NCBI GenBank assembly: GCA_016937825.1
Contig: JAFGVT010000141.1
Coordinates: 1 to 34,522 of the forward strand
Source: Fidelibacterota bacterium
GTDB taxonomy: Bacteria > Fidelibacterota > Fidelibacteria > Fidelibacterales > Fidelibacteraceae
Direction: 5' to 3'
Length of the DNA stretch: 34,522 nucleotides
Shown here: positions 25,724 to 32,746 of the stretch, one piece after another
Position numbering within the stretch: position 1 is the first letter of the stretch
Layout of the letters: every line of letters starts with the position of its first letter
The notes under the pieces: model-generated
What the model saw: only the letters and a program-made list of their open reading frames with translations
Database searches by the model: none
Told to the model about the DNA's origin: nothing
Program-made: the position numbers and the translations under genes

Positions 25724-26191
25724 TTATGATTTTTTATAGTATTCGTCAATGATCTGCAGGACTTTTTCCGGCGTGAGGTCCGTATAGGGCTGATCGTTGA
25801 TCAGCATGGCGGGACCCTTGTGGCACCATCCGATGCAGTTGGTCTGCAGAAGGGAGAATTTCCCGTCACTGGTCGTTTCGCCGACCTTGATCTTCAGGGC
25901 TTCCTCCAGCGTAAGCAGGATATCGTTCGAGCCCTTCATATAGCAGCTGATCGTTTTGCAGACCCAGATGATATTCTGGCCGCGGACCTTGAGGTCAAGG
26001 AAATGATAAAATGACGCCACCCCGTAGACATGGGCTGACGAAAGGTCCATTTCAGCGGCAATTTCAGATATGTCGCTGCGTGTCAGATAGTTCTTGGCCT
26101 GCTTTACCTCTTGCAAGACCGGGAGCAAATTCTTACGCTCTTTGCCGTACTTATCCACAGCAATTTTTATAGCGCTTTCTCTTTTCCGCAT
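25724..26191 (-). CDS. hydC: NuoE-like thioredoxin-fold [2Fe-2S] subunit of the hydrogenase (HydC)
   Basis: 155 aa. Cys pattern CKTISC ... CIGWCHKGPAM, as in NuoE/HndA. It lies 16 nt upstream of hydB. Confidence 0.88.
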   Translation of the reverse strand: MRKRESAIKIAVDKYGKERKNLLPVLQEVKQAKNYLTRSDISEIAAEMDLSSAHVYGVASFYHFLDLKVRGQNIIWVCKTISCYMKGSNDILLTLEEALKIKVGETTSDGKFSLLQTNCIGWCHKGPAMLINDQPYTDLTPEKVLQIIDEYYKKS

Positions 26192-26349
26192 GGGCGCCTC
26201 GCTTCCTTTTTTTAAATTGTTCGAGTCAAGTATTTAATAAAAATTACAAGACGAAAAATACATTCAAAAGCTTGCTTTTTCAAATAATATTTAAAAAAAT
26301 TTTATTTTTAAAATACGTCTGCGCGGTCTGATAAAATTTTGTTTTTCGA

Positions 26350-28236
26350 ATGAAGTTTGTTATTATAGTGTCTATGAATAAAACCCTCCAAAATAATATC
26401 CTTTTTTCCATACAATCCCCTTCCGACATCAAGCGTCTCAGCATGAAGGAACTTGCGCAGCTTGCCGACGAACTCCGGGCCTATATCATCGATGTCGTTT
26501 CCGAGACCGGCGGGCATCTTGCGCCCTCGCTCGGGACCGTGGAACTGACGATCGCCCTGCTGTACATCTACGATCTGCCCCTTGACAAGATCGTGTGGGA
26601 CGTCGGCCACCAGGCCTATCCCTTCAAGGTCCTGACCGGAAGACGGGACGCGCTGAAGACGATCCGGAAATACGGCGGTATCAGCGGTTTCCCCAAGCGA
26701 AGCGAGAGCGAATACGACGTGATCGGGGTCGGGCATGCGTCGACCTCCATTTCCGCCGCATTGGGTCTCGCCGTAGCGGAATCCCTGCGGAACATCCACA
26801 GCCACGTCATTGCCGTGATCGGCGACGGCGCCCTGACCGGCGGACTTTCCTGGGAAGGCATGAACAATGCCGGGAACCTGAAAAAACAGCTCCTTGTCAT
26901 TCTGAACGACAATGAAATGTCCATTTCCCGGAATGTGGGGAGCATCCCGAAATACCTTAACCGCATCGTGACCACGCCCTTTTACAACAAGATCAAGGAT
27001 GACCTCTGGGGACTGACCCAAAACCGGAAGTTCCTGCGTTCGGCGCTCCGGACCTTCAAAGAGACCCTGAAGACCCTGTTCTCTCGGAACGTGATGTTCG
27101 ACGAGCTCGGACTGCGTTATATCGGGCCGGTCAACGGCCACAGCATCCCCGACCTGATCAGCGCCCTGAAGCGGATCAAGGAGCTGAATCAGCCGATCCT
27201 GCTCCATGTTCTGACCAAAAAAGGGAAAGGACTGAAAGAAGCCGAGGACAATCCCCGGAAATACCACGGCATATCGGGCAACGGGAACGGCGGCAGCGAG
27301 TCCGGCACCGTGTCCTACACCGCGGCGTTCGGGAAAAGTATCCTCGAACTTGCACAACAGCATGATGACGTCATCGCCATCACCGCCGCCATGACGGACG
27401 GCACCGGTCTGACGGAATTTGCAAACGCCTATCCCGCCCGTTTCTTTGACGTGGGCATCGCGGAAGCCCATGCGGTCACCTTTGCCTCCGGACTGGCGGC
27501 GGACGGACTTCGTCCCGTGGTCGCGATCTATTCCAGCTTTATGCAGCGCGCGCTGGACAGCGTGATCCATGATGTGGTCCTTCAGGACCTTCCGGTCATC
27601 TTTTGCATGGACCGCGCAGGGCTCGTCGGGGCGGACGGTCCCACCCATCACGGGGTCTTCGACCTTGCCTTCCTGAGCATGCTGCCCAATACGGTGGTCT
27701 GCGCCCCCAGGGACGGCAACGAGCTCCGGAACCTGCTGCACACCGCCTACGGCATTCGCGACAAGGCGGTCTTTATCCGTTATCCGCGGGCAAACACGCA
27801 CGCCTTTGACATGAGCCTGGCGGTAAAACCGATCCCGGTCGGCTCCTGGGAGATCCTGAAGCAAGGGAAAGGGATCGCGTTGCTGGCGATCGGGAGCATG
27901 GTCGAAGCGGCGGAACGCGCCTGCGTCAAACTCAGTAAAAAGGGATTGTCCCCCACCCTGGTCAATGCCCGTTTCATCAAGCCCTGCGACAGCGCCATGC
28001 TGGACCTGCTGGCCTCAGATCACGACCTCTTCGTCACGATCGAAGAATCCTCTCCCCGCGGCGGTCTGCGCGACACGGTCCTGCAGCATTTTCAGGACAG
28101 TCCGAAATCACCCCGCATTCACTCCCTTGCCCTGCCCGACGCTTTCGTCACCCACGGCGAACGGGACGAGCTGATGCGGGAAGTCCGCCTGGATGCCGAG
28201 GACATCGCCGACGATATCCTGCGCATCCTGCCATAA
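26350..28236 (+). CDS. dxs: 1-deoxy-D-xylulose-5-phosphate synthase
   Basis: SGGHLAPSLGTVELT, VWDVGHQAYPFKVLTGR, GHASTSISAALG and the TPP motif GDGALTGG...NDN. The alternative ATG at 26374 (MNKTLQ...) is equally plausible as the true start. Confidence 0.95.
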   Translation: MKFVIIVSMNKTLQNNILFSIQSPSDIKRLSMKELAQLADELRAYIIDVVSETGGHLAPSLGTVELTIALLYIYDLPLDKIVWDVGHQAYPFKVLTGRRDALKTIRKYGGISGFPKRSESEYDVIGVGHASTSISAALGLAVAESLRNIHSHVIAVIGDGALTGGLSWEGMNNAGNLKKQLLVILNDNEMSISRNVGSIPKYLNRIVTTPFYNKIKDDLWGLTQNRKFLRSALRTFKETLKTLFSRNVMFDELGLRYIGPVNGHSIPDLISALKRIKELNQPILLHVLTKKGKGLKEAEDNPRKYHGISGNGNGGSESGTVSYTAAFGKSILELAQQHDDVIAITAAMTDGTGLTEFANAYPARFFDVGIAEAHAVTFASGLAADGLRPVVAIYSSFMQRALDSVIHDVVLQDLPVIFCMDRAGLVGADGPTHHGVFDLAFLSMLPNTVVCAPRDGNELRNLLHTAYGIRDKAVFIRYPRANTHAFDMSLAVKPIPVGSWEILKQGKGIALLAIGSMVEAAERACVKLSKKGLSPTLVNARFIKPCDSAMLDLLASDHDLFVTIEESSPRGGLRDTVLQHFQDSPKSPRIHSLALPDAFVTHGERDELMREVRLDAEDIADDILRILP

Positions 28237-28338
28237 TTCCGGGTTTTCGATAAAAATATACGTTTCCTAAATAAACCAAACCGAACAAGACCGCCTTCAT
28301 TGCCCGGCAAGGCGCCTGTTCACGACTTGCGGTTTCAT

Positions 28339-28722
28339 ATGAACGACGGACAGAACGACAGGGAAAATCGGATCCGGGAGATCCGCGAAACGGAAGAACG
28401 CTTTGCGCGCATGGCCGTCGGAAAAGGCATCCATCATGCCTTTGTCGCCTTTGCGGCGGACGATGCCGTTCTGCTCAGGAACGGCCGGCTTATCGTCGGA
28501 AAAGACGCCATCGATGATTTTTACAAAGATCAGGATTCCAAAGGACTGACTTGGGCGCCCGAGCTCATTGATGTTTCCGCATCGGGGGACCTGGGGTATA
28601 CCTATGGTTTCTATACCTACACATATGAAGACAGCGAAGGAAATCCGGTGACCCGAACAGGGATCTTTCATACCGTTTGGAAACGCCAGCCGGACGGAAG
28701 CTGGAAATATGTCTGGGACTGA
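28339..28722 (+). CDS. small SnoaL/NTF2-like (DUF4440-type) protein
   Basis: The ORF opens at a TTG (28300), and I prefer the first ATG at 28339. REIRETEERFARMAVGKG...GRLIVGKDAI...GIFHTVWKRQPDGSWKYVWD matches the DUF4440/YybH-like pattern by eye. Confidence 0.55.
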   Translation: MNDGQNDRENRIREIRETEERFARMAVGKGIHHAFVAFAADDAVLLRNGRLIVGKDAIDDFYKDQDSKGLTWAPELIDVSASGDLGYTYGFYTYTYEDSEGNPVTRTGIFHTVWKRQPDGSWKYVWD

Positions 28723-28813
28723 TCCGGCGATGCAAAAACAGCCTCAAAGATCCATTGCCTGATCCTTCCGCTCAATTCTTCTCACTCTCAGCCGTTTATT
28801 TTGGAATTTCGCG

Positions 28814-29653
28814 TCAGGCGGTGCGTTCCCTGTCGAAATCCGGCTCATGTTTCGCAAGTTCTTCCGACATGCGCCGGTGTATCTCGTTTGAAAAGGCCCT
28901 TCGCGCTTCGATGTCCTTGTCGTCATAGTCAGGGACGACCGGTTCGAGCACGTGCATGTCGATCCGGACGATCCCCAGGGTCAGGAAACGCAGAAAATGT
29001 TTGAAGAACGGGGTATCCAGGCCCTTTTTATCGGTAGCCCACGCGATCTGGCTGCGGCGCTTCTCGTCGATGGGTTTTCCGTTCAGACCTCTGAGCACGA
29101 ACACGGCCGGGACCAGGGGGCATTTCAGCTGGTTGGCCACGACAAAGAGCGCGGAGGAAAAGGGACGCAGCCAGGTTCCGTCCGACGTGGTCTTTTCGGG
29201 CGCGAACCAGAAATTGATCCTGTTGTTGACCACATCCGATACTTTTTTAATATACACGTCCGACAGCCCGCCCGTCCGGCGATCGACGAACACCGTTCCG
29301 ACGGCTTTCACGACCGCGCCGATGACCGGCCACTTTTCGATCTCATCCTTTGCGACAAAGGCCATCGGCCGGATCTTGAGCAAGGCGATGACCTCGATGT
29401 AACCCAGATGATTGCTTGCCATCAGGAAGCCGCGGTCCTTCGGCATGCGTTCCCGGTTAAAGATACGCACCCGGATACCCAGGATCACCCGTAGCGGCCA
29501 TGCCAGGGCCGGGGTCAGATAATGAATGATGCGGACCGACAGGTCCTTATTGAAAATACCGATCACCCAATACAGGATGAAGAGCGAAAGGACCAGCGCA
29601 AGGGTATAGACGACCAGAAGGACGATCCGCACAAAGGCCAGGAGATATTTCAT
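28814..29653 (-). CDS. lysophospholipid (PlsC/AGPAT-like) acyltransferase
   Basis: 279 aa. Two N-terminal TM helices, then acyltransferase blocks SNHLGYIE (motif I, with Glu in place of Asp), GTVFVDRR (motif II) and FAPEKTTSDG (motif III). The start ATG overlaps the serpin stop (ATGA). Confidence 0.75.
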   Translation of the reverse strand: MKYLLAFVRIVLLVVYTLALVLSLFILYWVIGIFNKDLSVRIIHYLTPALAWPLRVILGIRVRIFNRERMPKDRGFLMASNHLGYIEVIALLKIRPMAFVAKDEIEKWPVIGAVVKAVGTVFVDRRTGGLSDVYIKKVSDVVNNRINFWFAPEKTTSDGTWLRPFSSALFVVANQLKCPLVPAVFVLRGLNGKPIDEKRRSQIAWATDKKGLDTPFFKHFLRFLTLGIVRIDMHVLEPVVPDYDDKDIEARRAFSNEIHRRMSEELAKHEPDFDRERTA

Positions 29654-30918
29654 GACGCTTCCGGGTTGATCAGGTGACCGAGAAAGAGGACAACGCCGCT
29701 TTTACGGTCGCGGATCATGAAGATAAAGGGGTGGTCCGCGCGGAATTCGACCGGGGCGACCATGGAAGGCGCCGTGGAAGTCATTTTCATGATCACCGCC
29801 GTTGCCGCCGCCGCCTCTGTTTTGATCTCATCCACTTCGATAAAGGCCTTGTGCAGCACCGAGGAGATCATCAGGTCCTTCTTTCCGGTCATGCCGCTGA
29901 AATCGGCGGCTGCCGTAAATGCGTCTTCCATCCCCAGGGCCGAAAGACCCCGGGTCATTTCGAAATCGTCTTCCAGGCGGAATTTCGGCAGATAGACCAG
30001 AACATCCTTGAAGGTCCGGGTTTGATCGTGTTCAAGGAGGATGTCCTGACCGATATACCCGTAGAGTTCCGTAATGCCGGCGCGTTCGCGCGGGAGGATG
30101 ATCAGCATGGTCTGGGCGCCTCCCTTGTAATCAAGTTCAAGTATCTGGAATTCATCCGTTTCCGAATACGCGTAATGGTGGCGCTGGTACATCATGTCGG
30201 TTCTGAAGAACTCCCCGCTCAGGGGATAAAAGACTTCTTTTCGCGTCATTTCCTTGCTGAAAGAATTCTCCCATTCAGCGTTGAAATACACCGCATTGGT
30301 GAGGATCAGGCGCGTCAGGGGCGTGATCGCGTCCGCGGGAATAAGGTCGTTGATGCGTCCCGCCGTCTGCTCGCTTACCCAGGTATTGATCGTATCGCGC
30401 GAGGGGGACGGCCTGTGAACGAAATCCAGGTTCCGCACTTCCCCGCGATAGAGGTCGCGGATGAGGCCGAGATAATCCTGGCGCAGGGGGTATTCTTTCT
30501 GCACCCAGACGGCATTCGCGATATTCATTCGGAACGCTGAATTCTCCCCCGATTTCAGGGCGTTCAGCATTCCCGCGAACTGCCGGTGGAAGGCTTCCGT
30601 CTGCGGTCCGTAATGCAGGGCGTCGCGCATCTGGGCCGCGGTCGTTCCGCCTGCGCCGGCATAGGTCATGGCCAGCGCCGAAGAAAGGCTCAGGGGCGAA
30701 AAGAACATGTTCTTTAAGGGGGCGCCCGTCATTTCCTGATACAGGTCAAATCCGAAAGCGTTCATGCCTTCGGAAGGATCCGTTTCGACAGGATAGGCCA
30801 CTTCGTCCGGCACCGGCACCGGCGGGACGGCGGGACTGTCGGCAATGACCTCCTTTTGTGCACAGGAAGCTGCGAGGATCATCACGAACGCGGCCATGAT
30901 GATGCGTTTTCCAATCAT
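29650..30918 (-). CDS. serpin-family protease inhibitor, probable lipoprotein
   Basis: 422 aa. Lipobox-like MILAASC. Serpin core motifs (FSPLSLSSALAMTYAGA, NAVYFNAEWENSF, LPKFRLE), hinge EIKTEAAAATAV, and the C-terminal FRADHPFIFMIRD signature. AAGGAG SD. Confidence 0.88.
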   Translation of the reverse strand: MIGKRIIMAAFVMILAASCAQKEVIADSPAVPPVPVPDEVAYPVETDPSEGMNAFGFDLYQEMTGAPLKNMFFSPLSLSSALAMTYAGAGGTTAAQMRDALHYGPQTEAFHRQFAGMLNALKSGENSAFRMNIANAVWVQKEYPLRQDYLGLIRDLYRGEVRNLDFVHRPSPSRDTINTWVSEQTAGRINDLIPADAITPLTRLILTNAVYFNAEWENSFSKEMTRKEVFYPLSGEFFRTDMMYQRHHYAYSETDEFQILELDYKGGAQTMLIILPRERAGITELYGYIGQDILLEHDQTRTFKDVLVYLPKFRLEDDFEMTRGLSALGMEDAFTAAADFSGMTGKKDLMISSVLHKAFIEVDEIKTEAAAATAVIMKMTSTAPSMVAPVEFRADHPFIFMIRDRKSGVVLFLGHLINPEAS

Positions 30919-30928
30919 AGTTCACTCC

Positions 30929-32518
30929 TTAAATGATCGTGTCTTTCAGGAATTTATCGTCTTGTCCGGGGTAATCGGTCATGTAGTGCAATCCCCTGCT
31001 TTCATTTCTGCGCAGGGCGGAACGGACGATCAGGTATGCAACGGCGGAAAGGTTGCGAAGTTCCAGCAGGTCCTTCGTGACCGGGGTCCGCTTGTAGTAA
31101 TCTTCGATCTCTTCGTAAAGGGTCGTCATCCTGCGGATCGCCCGGTTCAGCTGAACCTTTGACCGTACGATCCCGACATAATCCCACATGATGGCTTGCA
31201 GTTCCGCCCGGTTATTCCGGATCAGGCCCCATTCATGGGGATCCGTGACGCCGGTTTCGTCCCAATCGGGGATCAGGACGTTGTTGTAGGTCGTGTGGCT
31301 TTTCTCGATCACCCGTTTCGCCGCGCGATGGGCGAAGACGATTCCCTCAAGCAGACTGTTGCTTGCCAGACGGTTCGCCCCGTGTACGCCGGTATGGGCG
31401 GTCTCGCCCACGGCGAACAAATTGTGCATGGAGGTCTGTCCGTTCAGGTTGGTCATCACGCCCCCGCAGACAAAATGCGCGGCCGGGACCACCGGGATCC
31501 TTTCCCGGGTAATATCGATCTTGAGATGTTCCTGGCAGTGCGAGGCGATATTCGGGAAATGCGCCAGCACCTTGTTCGCATGCAGATGGCTCATATCAAG
31601 GTAGGCGCAGGCATCTCCCCGCAGCTTGCATTCCGCGTCGATCGCACGCGCCACAATGTCGCGCGGCGCCAGTTCCAGGCGCTTGTCGTAGCGTTCCATG
31701 AAGCGTTCCCCCGCTTCGTTGAGCAGGATACCCCCGGAGCCCCTGCAGGCTTCCGAGATCAGAAAGGGCTCGCTTCCCGGCTCATACAGGGCGGTCGGGT
31801 GGAACTGAATGAATTCCATGTTGGCGATGCGGACCCCGGCGCGGTAGGCCATGGCGATCCCGTCACCGGTCGCCACCTGGGGGTTGGTCGTGTGCTGGTA
31901 AACGCGGGAAGCCCCGCCGGTCGCAAGGACCGTATAATCGGCCCTGAATATCTTAACATCACTGCTTTTTTCATCCAGCACATAGGCGCCGAAACAGATA
32001 TTGAACGCGGATTGCAGGTTGTTAAGCACGTGATGGTCGGTGATCAGCTCGACGGCCATATGGTTTTCATAGATATGGATATTGGGGTGTTTCAGGACCT
32101 TTCTGATCAGGACATCCTGAATGCTTTTTCCGGTCTCGTCCGCCACGTGAAGAATGCGGAACATGCCGTGTCCGCCTTCGCGGGCAAGATCAAAATGACC
32201 GTCGCTCTTCATGTCGAAGTGAACGCCGTAGTCGATCAATTCTTTGATACGGCGCGGCGCTTCCCTTACCATGACCTCCACGGCATCCGTGTGGCACAAT
32301 CCCGCACCCGCCGTAAAGGTATCCTGCGCATGCAGTTCGATATCGTCCTCATCGGTCGTCACCGCCGCAACGCCTCCCTGAGCCAGCGCCGAATTGGTAT
32401 CTTCCAGACGGGTCTTGGTGATCAGGTTGACCTCTCCAAATTCGGCGACCTTCAGGGCGAAGCTCAGTCCCGCGATACCGCTGCCGATGACAAGATAGTC
32501 CGATTTGATGCTGTTCAT
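30929..32518 (-). CDS. nadB: L-aspartate oxidase
   Basis: 529 aa. FAD fold DYLVIGSGIAGLS, TNSALAQGG, HPTAL, RGSGGIL, the GETAHTGVHGANRLASNSLLE region and the C-terminal ESRGLHY. Confidence 0.95.
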   Translation of the reverse strand: MNSIKSDYLVIGSGIAGLSFALKVAEFGEVNLITKTRLEDTNSALAQGGVAAVTTDEDDIELHAQDTFTAGAGLCHTDAVEVMVREAPRRIKELIDYGVHFDMKSDGHFDLAREGGHGMFRILHVADETGKSIQDVLIRKVLKHPNIHIYENHMAVELITDHHVLNNLQSAFNICFGAYVLDEKSSDVKIFRADYTVLATGGASRVYQHTTNPQVATGDGIAMAYRAGVRIANMEFIQFHPTALYEPGSEPFLISEACRGSGGILLNEAGERFMERYDKRLELAPRDIVARAIDAECKLRGDACAYLDMSHLHANKVLAHFPNIASHCQEHLKIDITRERIPVVPAAHFVCGGVMTNLNGQTSMHNLFAVGETAHTGVHGANRLASNSLLEGIVFAHRAAKRVIEKSHTTYNNVLIPDWDETGVTDPHEWGLIRNNRAELQAIMWDYVGIVRSKVQLNRAIRRMTTLYEEIEDYYKRTPVTKDLLELRNLSAVAYLIVRSALRRNESRGLHYMTDYPGQDDKFLKDTII

Positions 32519-32595
32519 GTATTTACATCCGTATCTGTGTATTTTTATGGTCTAATGTACGAACAAATTGATATGAAGTAAAGATTTCTATTATG

Positions 32596-32692
32596 GTCGA
32601 TAAGGTCGAGGCGTCGAGGTGTCGATGTGTCGAGGTGTCGAGATGTCGAGGCGTCGAGGCGTCGAGGCGTCGATGGGTCGATGCGTGAGGTG
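32596..32692. repeat. tandem array of about 12 copies of an 8-bp unit (consensus GTCGAGGY on the + strand)
   Basis: Read directly: GTCGATAAG, GTCGAGGC, GTCGAGGT, GTCGATGT, GTCGAGGT, GTCGAGAT, GTCGAGGC x3, GTCGATGG, GTCGATGC, GTGAGGTG. It lies in the 228-bp gap between the polA stop and the nadB start. Confidence 0.9.
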
Positions 32693-32746
32693 AAAAAGCA
32701 ATTTTGCCGCGAACCAATCTTCCCCACTTCTCCATCTCTCTTCTTC

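Noticed and set aside
26192-26349. A Rex operator (TTGTGAA-N6-TTCACAA) for the hydrogenase operon, or a TPP riboswitch ahead of dxs, in the divergent AT-rich region.
   Set aside because: No TGTGA/TCACA half-sites and no TPP-riboswitch CUGAGA core are present. Only a small AAAAGC-TT-GCTTTT inverted repeat (26266-26279) is seen, which is too weak to interpret.
26308-27864. A 518-aa ORF antisense to dxs.
   Set aside because: It lies entirely within the strongly supported dxs gene on the other strand. Its Arg/Gly/Asp/His/Val-rich, motif-free translation is typical of shadow frames in GC-rich coding DNA.
31196-32581. A 461-aa ORF antisense to nadB.
   Set aside because: A shadow ORF of a clearly identified nadB, with no SD or family motifs.
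32596-32692. The octamer array as a CRISPR array.
   Set aside because: The units are 8 bp and directly abutting, with no spacers. CRISPR repeats are about 24-48 bp and separated by unique spacers. There are no cas genes in the window.
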